Positions 52,521 through 64,000 of a DNA stretch of 64,000 bases are shown here, piece by piece; position 1 is the first letter of the stretch; the number at the start of each line of letters is the position of its first letter. The stretch spans positions 27,091,210-27,155,209 of the forward strand of contig NC_068981.1 in assembly GCF_001194135.2 (NCBI RefSeq). The letters are read 5' to 3'. Under the pieces are notes generated by a model. That model was not told the origin of the DNA. It worked only from the letters and a program-made list of their open reading frames with translations, and ran no database searches. The position numbers and the translations under genes were made by a program. The DNA comes from Octopus bimaculoides. Taxonomy: Eukaryota.

Positions 52521-54336
52521 TTATTATTTGGTTAAAAGGCTTTTGATTTCAGAGAAAATAAGCTTCATCATACAAATGCCTGCTTGGTTTCTAGTGCCGT
52601 CAGGGTTAAATTCTCAGTGACGTTCTGGGTCCGACTTAATCGGAATTTATATTCTTCCATGAATTTATAGTACTACGTCTATATCAGATGTATATATAAG
52701 TTCATTCTTTCGAAATTTACTGCGCAACAAGCTTTCGCTTTAGAAGACCACAATTTAATGTTCTCTGGATTTAACTGGTCTAGTTATATTGATAAGATGC
52801 TACAATTTTTTTACACAAGGCAATGAATTGAGCAGGGTGAAACAATCGACAAGAAACAACAGCAAATTCGGCAACAATCAACAAATAGGAGATCAATGGA
52901 CTCAAATACACGACGCTTTATTCCAAGTATGTTTCGTTCTCTGGCCTCAGCCATTAGAGACTTGTTCAGATTTCATAAAATTTCATAGACGGCATCTCAT
53001 TTCCATCCTGTTTCACTTCGGAGCCAGCTATCTTTTTATGAAGCTTTTGCTGCACACTAGATCAGCTTTGAGTGAGCAGGCCTGAAAATAATAAATATTG
53101 TATTTGTGTTTTCCTTCAAATTATGAACGTTTCAACTTTTATAAGGCGATATAATGCAGTTCGACGAAAATTTAGATATTATTTCTTGCAGAAAGCAATC
53201 GCAATATGTCAAATGTTACGTGAATAAATTTGACGTCAAAGGAGAATTTCATCGGCATGATATTGTATTTCTAGATTCTAGTGTAGCAGAAAATATTTGA
53301 GTCCAAGCTGAAATATATAATGTTGGGTTGTGGAAGGAACATGATTGAGTCAACTTCAGTTCAGATGTGATCAAATACAGCTGGATGAAATTAAAATTAA
53401 TTGATATGTATTCTGCCAATCCGTTTCTGATATTCACAACACTATTATGCCATATTGATTGCGTCACTGATATAACTACTGATAGTAATAGTAATGATTT
53501 AATTATTGTCAGTAATAATTAAGTGCGCAACGCTAGAAATTTTATGAATACAATGTCAGTGCCTCTAATATAAATACATTTTATTCAATCCTTTGATTCT
53601 TCAGGAAATTCTCTGCTATAAAATCTTTTAATTAGACGGTCGGTGATTTCTTTCTAATCACCATCAGTAAAATTGTTTTTTGTTGTTGTAATACTTTATC
53701 ATTAAATAACTAGCTAAACGTATTTGTTTGTTTGTTTTTGCAGGACATTTATTATATCATTAATTGATGTTGTTAACGTGGGCATAATAATTAATATTTT
53801 ATTTGAATACATCATAATTGATGACAGCCTGCAGAAGTATTCCGACAAAATAGTTGTTACGAGAAAGGAAATGACTGAGTGAATTAGTAAATAAACAAAA
53901 TCAAGAATCAAACACGTTATCTTTAAAGTTATGACAATTTAATATTTTATTAGCTCGTGCAATACTGTAAATATTATATCAATGTCACTACAGCGGAAGT
54001 TCATTTTTTAAACATTAAAAAAAAAAAAAATGTCGTCTCATCCTATTTTCTACTTTGTGCAAGATGTACGTATTCATTTTATGTGATCATTTTGCATAAT
54101 TGCATTCGCCTTGCAGTTGATGTATTTGATATGGAGTTGGAATTCCCAGTCCGATATCACTGGTTCGTATTGTGTGATTACCATATCATTGAGGCTCTTA
54201 TAATGGATGACTATCTTACCTACGTATAAATGTTTACGATATGTAGGTAAAGTACAGCACTCTAGCATTTGTAATGTGTTTGTTTGAGGGCGTTGAACCA
54301 TGCTCATTACTTATGTAGCCTCTACGGCAGTGGTTA

Positions 54337-54460
54337 GACTTTGCCTTTCATCCTTTCAGGTTTGATAAATTAAGCACTAGTTCCGTATTAGGGTCGATCT
54401 GATCGACTGGCCCTCTCCCCCAAAAAATTTCGGGCCTTGTGCCTAGGGTAGAAAAGAATA
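54337..54460 (+). mobile_element. 5'-truncated SINE family B copy
   Basis: gactttgcctttcatcc...cgggccttgtgcctagggtagaaaag. Confidence 0.85.
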
Positions 54461-55190
54461 TTTGTTGGAAAAGCGTGGGTGGAGAGAATAGCGTGGATGG
54501 TTGTAGCTGGCCAGTAAGGACTGGGCGAAGTGTTTGGAACAATAACTTGCAGGTGGCATACTTAGAAAATGTCGGCTAGAGGAGAAGCTAATAACGGGAT
54601 TCTAGCCTGAAATTATATACAATTATCGCTGACTCTGGAATAAAGCCATGATTTTTAGGATTGAATGTGAAGGTGTGAGATTAAAGGCTCATTTTCTTGG
54701 TAACCACTTGGCCCCAACATGTTAGTGGGGGTGTCTGAGCAGTACTTTATGAAGATGTCTTCGATTACTCTCCGGGATTGCTGAATCTGAGTTTGTGAGA
54801 TTTCCGAACGAGGTACTTCGAATGAAGCAGATATTATACTTTCTTCCAGAAAGGTCAGGTTCTCCAGGACTAAGTAATGTAAATAAACCCTCATAGTAGA
54901 GCGATGATGTTTCACATGTGGACATTAAAAGGGCGGTTTGCGATGTGGGTGGTTGTACAGATTCTAAAGCGCTAATCTTTTTCAAGCACCTGCAAACTAT
55001 CATCTGCACATGGAAACGTTATTGATTGCTTTGTGGAAACGACAAGAGTCAAATTTTCACAAAAAGTTTTAAGATTCACCAAAGATGGTCTTTTGTATGT
55101 CCAAACAGAGAAAACTATAATGTTTTTAGGAAAAACAAAAATGAATCTTTACTTTTTCGAATACTCAGGGAGAGAGGAAAGGATTATTAT

Positions 55191-55207
55191 TATTATTATT
55201 ATTATTA

Positions 55208-55238
<31 letters not shown>

Positions 55239-55268
55239 CATTATTATTATTATTATTATTATTATTAA

Positions 55269-55355
<87 letters not shown>

Positions 55356-55472
55356 CATCATCATCTTCAACATCATCATCATCATCATCTCTGATATCAC
55401 TGATATTATTGTTTTTATTTTATACTATGTGTCATTGTTATATTACTATTTCTCATTGTTATATTTAGATAT

Positions 55473-55540
<68 letters not shown>

Positions 55541-55614
55541 TAATAACAACAACAACAATTACAATAACAATAATAATGATTATAATTATTATTATTATTA
55601 TGATTATGATTATG

Positions 55615-55709
<95 letters not shown>

Positions 55710-55730
55710 TAGTAGTAGTAGTAGCAGCAG
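55191..55730. repeat. (TTA)n-(TAA)n-(TTA)n-(TAG)n compound array
   Basis: Directly visible. Confidence 0.9.
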
Positions 55731-55939
55731 CATTATTTATTTTACACTTTTGCATTTTGGAGTTATATGCGTTGTTGTCAATAGCAGTCCTTTAATGGAA
55801 AGAAGACGTTAAAAAAAAAAAAAATCCCGCAAAAATAGACGGAATTACAACGAAAGGAATAAAAGAAGCAAACACTCAAATAAACATTGAAGAGAATAAA
55901 AAGGCCAACAACAGAAAAAAAGTAAATTCAAATCAGTTT

Positions 55940-56330
55940 TGTTTACTGCTTGTAGAATTTCAGGTTGATTCTTGGTGAGGGAGAAAAACATCTTGGCAAC
56001 ATATTAAAGTTAGGAAACTTCAGGCTTTCTGAAAACAGATTTCTCCTGTTGGCTTGTATCGCCAGTACATTTGGCAACTTCCCATTATCTTAAGGTTGTT
56101 CTTAAATTACGTTGGATCAATTGGCTGACATGCGAAGATTCGGTCGACATACAATGGACTCCCATTTCTTGACATTACTACAACTGGCTGCGTTCCAGCA
56201 AGTGCTATACGATTAGGGTACCACATATAGCTATGTGTGATAGAAAACGGTTTAAAACTATTGATCTTCTTCACGCAGAACCTATGACACTTCTTCCGTG
56301 CTGGGAATGTAAATAATATTATCAAAACAC
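55940..56330 (-). mobile_element. Possible decayed Penelope-like RT fragment
   Basis: GSPL, YWRY and NLKF remnants in PLE order. Confidence 0.3.
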
Positions 56331-56830
56331 ACTTATAAATGAATGTGCACATGAATTTTCATAACCGATACGTTTATATCTATTCAGTGCTACACACACG
56401 CCTGGGCACGTTAGCACACTTATATAAGCATATATTTCAAACAAAGACACAGACACAGAAGCACAGGCATATACTAAAACAGCGCTGGTGTATGTGTGTG
56501 TGTGTGTACATATTTTTAGCCAGTATATTGGTGCAGCTTCTATTGAAACCTTGCCCACAGTTCTAGTTGAGTAGTTAACTAGTTTATCGACTTCTTTTTC
56601 TGTACGAAAACAGATTTCTATCTGAATTAGTAGGTATTTCTTTGAAATGCAGGAGGGAAAATTTTGAGATTTTTAGCGGGTTTCTGTGCACAAATGTAAA
56701 CACACGTATGCACACACATGCACACACAAAGGTACACACTCACACAAATGCACACACTCAGACATGTACGCATGTGCACATACAAGTGTTTGGTGCGAAT
56801 ATCAGTATGGGCATCACATGTATATACTAT

Positions 56831-57454
56831 TTTACTCGTTTACCTGTTTCAGTCATTTGAATGTGGCCATGCTGGAGCACCGCCTTTAGTCGAGTAAATC
56901 GACTCCAGGACTTTTTTTTGTAAGCCTAGTACTTATTCTATTGATCTCTTTTGCCGAACCGCTATGTTACGGGGACATAAACACACCAACATCGGTTGTC
57001 AAGCAATGTTGGGGGACAAACACAGACACACAACCATATACACACACAAACATATACNNNNNNNNNNNNNNNNNNNNNNNNNNNNNNNNNNNNNNNNNNN
57101 NNNNNNNNNNNNNNNNNNNNNNNNNNNNNNNNNNNNNNNNNNNNNNNNNNNNNNNNNNNNNNNNNNNNNNNNNNNNNNNNNNNNNNNNNNNNNNNNNNNN
57201 NNNNNNNNNNNNNNNNNNNNNNNNNNNNNNNNNNNNNNNNNNNNNNNNNNNNNNNNNNNNNNNNNNNNNNNNNNTATATATATACATATATACGACAGGC
57301 TTCTTTCAATTTCCGTCTACCAATCTACTCACGAGGCTTTGGTCGGCCCGAGGCTATAGTAGAAGACACTTGCGCAAGGTGCCACGCAGTGGGACTGAAC
57401 CCAGAACCATGTGATTCGTTAACAAGCTACTTACCACACAGCCACTCCTACGCC
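56831..57454 (-). mobile_element. SINE family A copy with an assembly gap in its internal microsatellite
   Basis: Both halves are reverse-complement homologous to 705-1180; N-run 57058-57274 sits at the position of the internal array. Confidence 0.9.
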
Positions 57455-58469
57455 TATAATGTATATAATAACAAAGTAACGTGAGGTAGAAGGCTTTAGT
57501 ATCATCCATTCATTCCACAGTAGATGATATCTTTGATATCACGCTCATTTGAGCAGCAAAACTTACTTCCGCGCTCCTTGAAATGAGTGTGTAACTAGTT
57601 CTTTGATCCCAAAGCAATTTTTTTTTTTTTGTATTTTATTTTTTTATTTTTTGCTACTGAAATCCAGCTATATTAAGAAGCAGTTGTTGAAACGATTCTT
57701 TAGAGCAGATAACTGATGACCTGAAATTAGCTTGGAACACTCTCAGAAGCATCTATAATGCTTCCTTGGTAGTATCTAGGCCTCTTTGTGTAGAAGCATC
57801 AGAATTGGTTTGATGATAATTGTGCAAATATTCAGCAGCCTATCAAAAGCTTGCACGAATCAAGGCCTGAATGAATGATAAATATTCCTATATCTAAAAA
57901 CACGCATACAAAGAATGAGAGAAACAAGTTTTTTCTCTCATTCTTTGTACACGCACATACACACACACACTCACTCATACATACACATATACTCATACAC
58001 ACGCACACACACATAATGCTTCTATTTTTACAGTGATGAGATTTTCTTTCGAATAAGTACTGGGTGATTTAAAGAATATTTGACGATTCTTTCTATGGCG
58101 TTGTAGCAATTGTGTATCGAGTCTCGCATTGACTTGCATCGAGTTTCGTTGTCATCGTTGTTGTCATTTTTGTTATATGTCAACTTATATCGAACTAATC
58201 TATAATCAAAAACTAGACTTACCTTAACAGGTTGTCATCTATTCATAGAATAAGCCAGATTACATTATCCCCTATGATTTGCTTTTTTTCGCTGTGGAAG
58301 ATATTTTTTAAGGAAGATATTTTTTAAGGAAGATTTCTTTGATATTTCCTGCACGTCGAAAGACAACATTTACCCTCTCTTGTTGGCTCTAATTTTCCCT
58401 ATTTGGCTAGGAACATAAGTGTTTGATTGAATACTTGTTGGAAACACAACACAACTAAACACTACTTGC

Positions 58470-58950
58470 ATGAGAGCGAATCTGGCATAATTTATATATA
58501 CATCTATCCTAGACTTTTAAAATGATATTTATTCAAAAACTGTCCTACATACAAGCAGCTCATCAATTTAATTGTAACCGAGCCGCACATTCCGCAACGC
58601 GATAAACACAGGAAGACTTATCTTAATAGTTATTCATATGGATATACCACCTGCCAATAATATTGCTAAGAAAGTAGCTGAAAACTTACATATCGAACAG
58701 AAGACGATATCTGTGTGACGTAGTATTCGACGTGAAGATCTTAAGTCACGGAGAAAGTATATTTATTATTCCGTTGGTAATTGCAACGATCAACATGCTG
58801 ATGTATTGTTTTTCCCTCTTGTTACATTATTAACGAGAAAACTTTCCCTTGAAAATAATATATATACAAGAATTTCAGGTCCAGGAGAGTACATCCTACG
58901 CAATACAACTTGATGTTATAATATAATTCCTTATAAAAATCAATTTTTGT
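58470..58950 (+). mobile_element. Possible decayed Penelope-like RT fragment
   Basis: LYTSI-like and LENNIYTRISG (FxFxxxxYxQxxG-like) remnants. Confidence 0.35.
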
Positions 58951-59170
58951 CAAAAAGTAGAATGTAAAAATCGTATCTGGAATATATAGTTTTTTGAAAA
59001 ACAAATAACATCGAATATTTGTGCATCCAAGCAAGTTAAATTATTCTGCCTATTTAAAGAAGCAAAACTTTGAGAATGTATGTATGTATGTAAATATGTA
59101 TGTTTGTATGAATGAATGTATGTATGCATCCATGTATGTACAGACATCTGTATGTAAAAGCATGTATGTA

Positions 59171-59212
<42 letters not shown>

Positions 59213-59259
59213 CGTGTGTGTGTGTGTGTGTCTGTGTGTGTGTTTGTCTCTGTGTGTGT

Positions 59260-59324
<65 letters not shown>

Positions 59325-59789
59325 CATGTGTGTGTTTGTATGCTTGTATATGTAGTGATTTCACTTACTACTAACGAAAACAATATAAATGAAACAACAA
59401 TTACTGATATTAATGAGAAGATATTATTTTTATTTCAAAAGCTAATTAGATATAGAAAATATTTAAAATGTTTAGGATGCAGTAAAATATATTCTGCTCT
59501 AGTGACACATAAACGGCAATCAGCTCTTGGAAACCAAAACCTTCTACCTATAAATGTGAAAAATTTCAAAGACCATAGCACGTGAATCAGAAAGATATAC
59601 ATTCGTAAGATCTCTGTCTGTTTGTCAGTCTGTCCACCTGTCTGTCTTTCCGCCTGTCTGTCTGTCTGTCTCTCTCTTCCTCTCTCTCTCTCTCTCTCTT
59701 CCTCTCTCTCTCTCTCTCTCTTCCTCTCTCTCTCTCTCTCTCTTCCTNNNNNNNNNNCCCTCTCTCTCTATTTCTCTCAATATATACAC

Positions 59790-59875
<86 letters not shown>

Positions 59876-60092
59876 TTAAAATAAATTATATCCTTTATTA
59901 TCTTAAATGAAAATCTTTTATTCACTTCGGGACAGTATAGCCGCTTATGTGCTACTACGACTGAATACACGTGCTAAGGTGAGCTCCAAAACTCGTTTTT
60001 GAAGGTATTTCAGGTGTTTATGTGTAGTTATGGCTTTGTGTTTGCTTTCTTGTAGGTATGTATAAATATCTAATTTATTTCCTAAATGCATG

Positions 60093-60146
60093 CTCTGCTG
60101 ATGAGGTAAAGCCACAGGACACAACCAGAAATTAGCTAATCCAGGG
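60093..60146 (+). ncRNA. Type I hammerhead ribozyme-like motif
   Basis: ctctg-CTGATGA-ggt[16 nt]acc-a-GAAA-ttagctaat-C-caggg: 5-bp stem I, 3-bp stem II, palindromic ATTAGCTAAT stem III, AUC cleavage triplet; one extra A before GAAA. Confidence 0.6.
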
Positions 60147-60735
60147 ATATCTATTTTCTTATTAATTTCCGTTAGCTTCCTACCTCGCTGTCGGCGCGTG
60201 TAGTTTTAGTGACTTTTGAAATGTTGAGACGATTTAGCGTCCATCTTCAGAATATAGACTTAAAAACCATTTTTGTATCTCCTTAATTATAATTAGATAT
60301 ATGATGTCACCTTAAACGGTCTATTTTTATATACTGGCCACTGATAAAATTTAAATAAAAATGTTTATCCTTTATTATTATAATTGAAGATCTCATATAT
60401 ATATAAATAGAATTAGGTACTTAAACTAAAATACCAAGTCAGTCTGTTATTATCCGCACAGCTCGAAGTAAGGTGAATAAGAACAAAATAAGCAACATGA
60501 TATCAAGTAATAATGCAGTACAACCGTTTCAAGCGGCTCTATTTAACTGAACTATACAATCATTACAACAATTTAAATGCAATGCTATCTTCAGCTGCAC
60601 AAATAATTATTTATGCAGCAAAAGATAGCACTGCATTTAAATTACTGTAAGGATTGCATAGTTCAATTAAACAGAGCCGCTTCAAAACGATCGTATTATG
60701 TTACCACTCGATATCCTGTTGCTTATTTCGTTTAT

Positions 60736-61109
60736 GTGGAGGCCCTGTGGTTAGGACAGCAGACTCGCGGTCATAGGATCGTTGTTTCGATTCCCAGACC
60801 GGGCGTTGTGAGTGTTTATTGAGCGAAAACACCTAAAGCTCCACGAGGCTCCGGCAGGGGATGGTGGCGAACCCTGCTGTACTCTTTCACCATAACTTTC
60901 TCTCACTCTTGCTTCCTGTTTCTGTTGTGCCTATAATTAAAAGTGTCAGACTTGTCACATTGTGTCACGCTGAATATCCCCGAGAACTACGTTAAGGGTA
61001 CACGTGTCTGTGGAGTGCTCAGTCACTTGCACGTTAATTTCAACAAGCAGGCTGTTCCGTTGACGGATCAACTGGAAACCTCGACGTCCTAAGCGACGGA
61101 GTGCCAACA
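60736..61109 (+). mobile_element. SINE family C copy
   Basis: Colinear with the reverse complement of 2576-2964, ending gagtgccaaca at an N-gap. Confidence 0.9.
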
Positions 61110-62299
61110 NNNNNNNNNNATATATATATATATATATATAATATATGCGCAAAAAAATGCTCAATATTGTGTAAAAACAATTTGTACGTATATGAATTAA
61201 ATATATGAAAGATTGATATCATGTAGACCATAACGTTTACGACCAGGTTAGCCCTGAATGAACAATTTTACAATTAAAGGCTTTTCTTTGCGATTATTCC
61301 ATCGTCTGTATTATGGGTGTTACGTTATTCAAAGTGTTTTACATTTTTGACAGACCAGCAGAGAAGGATTTATAGAAATTTGACAGATATCTCTAGTGAG
61401 CTGAGCAGCTATTTAACAACTTTTAGTGGCTCGTAGATTTCTGTATTGGAATCTGCATTACGTAAGTAATTTTCATAGATAGAATCTCCTCTATCTTTCT
61501 TTGCTCGCTGCATAAAGCCAAAATGAAATGAAGAAACGATGACAATTATGTCAGTATTTATTTTCCCACCGATATCATAATGAATGAAAATATATCATTG
61601 AAATTTTTAGTTGAATTAACTTAAATGTTTAGGTAACCACAGGTCATAGATTCCGAACATGATATCTTTGAAAAATGCTACCTTTTTGTCTTTCAACATA
61701 TAAGGATGACATGAAGAATTAACTGGGATAGCACAATAACAATGATATTAGGGGGAAAAAAATCATTGAAATAAAAAGGAGAAAATGAGAAAAGAACCCA
61801 TCATATCTACAGTTCGAATAATTTCACTAATATTCTAAACAACAATCGGGTAGCTCATGAATAACTTGATGATTTGGCAATATCAGAAAATTGGAATAAA
61901 ATATGCGAAGGATAAAAAGACGCGTTTGCTGTTGAAAACGTTTTAAAAGCTTGTAAACTATTATGCATTAACTTCCAAAACCAGATTGCAACTTTGTATA
62001 CTTCTCCTTCAACCTGTTTCTTCATGAGCATTTTCTGGATCAACTACTTTTTTCTGGATGTATATTACATGAAAACGAGAGTAGGCAGACTCGGATAGTG
62101 CATTGATCAAATATTAGTTACATTCTCTATTCAGTTTCATGGAATTCTTCATTGACTTCAAATGACGCGATTTATTGTTTTCCTATCGATTTTTGTTGCC
62201 TCTGTTGTGTAACTGTGTATTGCAATAGCTTACTGAAGTACAAGTCAGGAGGAAATAGTTAGACAATTGTGAACTTGGTTTGCTTACTGAAACACCAAT

Positions 62300-62700
62300 C
62301 ATTCTCAGTTACAAAAGTTCATTATAAATTCAACGAAAGAAGATTATTAAAGATAGACATTACCATACTCACAATATGGAAAGAAATGTTACCTTACTAT
62401 AAACTTAAGATCATTCTTAACATACTGGATTACAAATTACATACGGTAATTGGTAAAAGTGACAAGGATAACAAATCTTCATTAAAGATTAAAATTGTGA
62501 TAACAAAAAAGAAAAACAAAATCAGATAAAGATCTGCAGGCAAGGACAAATTTCAATAAAATTTCAAGACAACTGGTTACACTTAGAATCGAACAAATAG
62601 GACAAATCACCTTCTAATACGTAGGAGAATTGTATGCCGCATAGATTTCTGCTATGGATGTTGGAAGTCTATTTCCGAAATTTCCAGTGGATATAAACAT
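62300..62700 (+). mobile_element. Decayed Penelope-like RT N-terminal fragment
   Basis: IGKSDKDN (IxxADKG-like) and ISAMDVGSLFPKFPVD at 62645-62692 (SxDVxSLFTNxPV-like). Confidence 0.6.
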
Positions 62701-63060
62701 TCGACATTTGATTTAATGGAATCTGTCTGCTACTTATTGTAATTCGATTGACTTTACATAGGCTACCTCAGAAGCTTCTTTGTATTGTAGTAAAAATATC
62801 TAAATTTTGTTTATCTTACAATATTTAATGGATATAGATCTTGCTAAAGGCCAAATGTCTCAACTAAGTATGACGCAAGCATGATTGCATGATTAAGAAG
62901 TCTGCTTTGAAACCTTCAGTTTCGCGTTCGTTCCCCAAGCTCGGAACCTCGAACGTACGTTTTTCAAAGTAGTTTTTGAAGGTGTAAATACTTGTCAGTA
63001 ATATTTGAAAGATGAAAAATTTGCGGAGGTATAGTCTCTATTTTCACATGATAGGCTTAC

Positions 63061-63179
63061 TGTAGTGCTCGATTCAAATGCACTCCTTGGCCTGAGCGTA
63101 CGATTAGTGAAATGTGTTCGTTCTTTTTTTAAATAGTTAGATGAAATCTCCGCTCTGGGGATAAATTTCTCTTCTATTC
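63061..63179 (-). CDS. Candidate exon 1 (119 nt)
   Basis: Acceptor ctgctagtttcAG, donor aca|GTAAGC. Open frame IEEKFIPRAEISSNYLKKERTHFTNRTLRPRSAFESSTT ends in phase 0. Alternative frame NRREIYPQSGDFI*LFKKRTNTFH*SYAQAKECI*IEHY ends in phase 1 and has 3 stops. Confidence 0.5.
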
Positions 63180-63581
63180 CTGAAACTAGCAGAGTGAGAG
63201 TACGTTTGAGATTTGAATAAGCGTTCAAACAAAATTGCAAAATAAAGAACTGAAACAGTGGTGTGAAATGAAATGGAAGAAAACAGCCTTAAACTGAAAA
63301 GAGATGTGTTGTTGCTTTATGTAATAAAAATGCAACCGGAATAGAACCTTCACAGATCTGATGTCAGTTTTCATGTTAATTATATATACATACAGTGAAT
63401 TGTAACAGATAGGATGTTTAACAGATTCGAATGTTATTTCATAGGAATTTACAGGCCTTGTATCTGTGAACTTGCAAACACAGAAACACTCATACATTCA
63501 AGAAAGCGCGCGAGGGTATACACACACACAGACACACAGCGACACAACATGTATATGTACGTATAGGGTTACAGAGAGAGA

Positions 63582-63622
<41 letters not shown>

Positions 63623-63950
63623 AGAAAGAAATAGGCAGAAAGAGACATAGACAGAGAGACAGGGAAACAGAAAGTTTGTGCATGTGTGCGTAGATGTGCA
63701 CGCGCGAAATCTTATATTAAAAAGTACATTGTGAAATGCACTACAAGCTTGCGCACGCGCGTACAGATATGTACATGTAGGAAATGAGCATAACCACATA
63801 CTCAGAATATATTTTCCAAGGATGTGTGTGTGTACATGTGCATGTGAATACATTCATATATACAGGGATATAAGCGGACATATACATGCATACATACATA
63901 CATACATACATACATTCATACATACATGCATGCATGCATGCATACATACA

Positions 63951-64000
<50 letters not shown>

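Noticed and set aside
52780-53081. Strong minus-strand acceptor at 53083-53082
   Set aside because: Early stops in all three frames and no donor seen; adjoins a decayed PLE.
54480-55010. 95-aa minus-strand ORF and GC-richer flanks as an exon
   Set aside because: No usable donor or phase link; more likely a decayed retroelement, but I could not identify a diagnostic motif.
57713-57733. CTGATGA-cct-GAAATTAGCT hammerhead-like motif
   Set aside because: No stem II and no stem I partner.

Overview
AT-rich, microsatellite-dense eukaryotic scaffold with 16 N-gaps, nearly all inside simple repeats. The repeat content (abundant tRNA-derived SINEs, Penelope-like, R4/Dong and Tc1/mariner relics) suggests a cephalopod (Octopus-like) genome; this is inference, not a database result. 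Almost every ORF in the supplied track is a microsatellite or N-gap artefact. Main observations: (1) A chain of six short, GC-richer exons with canonical splice sites on the minus strand (63179-63061, 47030-46891, 44021-43885, 37683-37587, 31486-31423, 29538-29469 or 29377). The last four are phase-compatible and encode an unrecognised protein with one in-frame TGA (..QC*FAELY..). The two 5' exons can be read either as an open frame or as a better-looking frame broken by three stops and a (GACG)3 slippage. This is either a recently disabled intron-containing gene or a recoded (Sec/edited/readthrough) gene. (2) Many Penelope-like relics, including two hammerhead-ribozyme-like motifs with palindromic stem III (22042-22087 minus; 60093-60146 plus) and a 90-bp-arm hairpin at 17447-17638. 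(3) A putative non-autonomous Helitron carrying 69-bp (23-aa, STPR-like) repeats. (4) Several SINE families with target-site duplications, modular tails, a duplicated head and inverted or tandem clusters. (5) Two R4/Dong 3' fragments in TAA repeats, one near-full-length maT-like transposon in a TA array, two mariner relics and a pogo/Tigger-like MITE. No CRISPR array, rRNA or true tRNA gene is supported.
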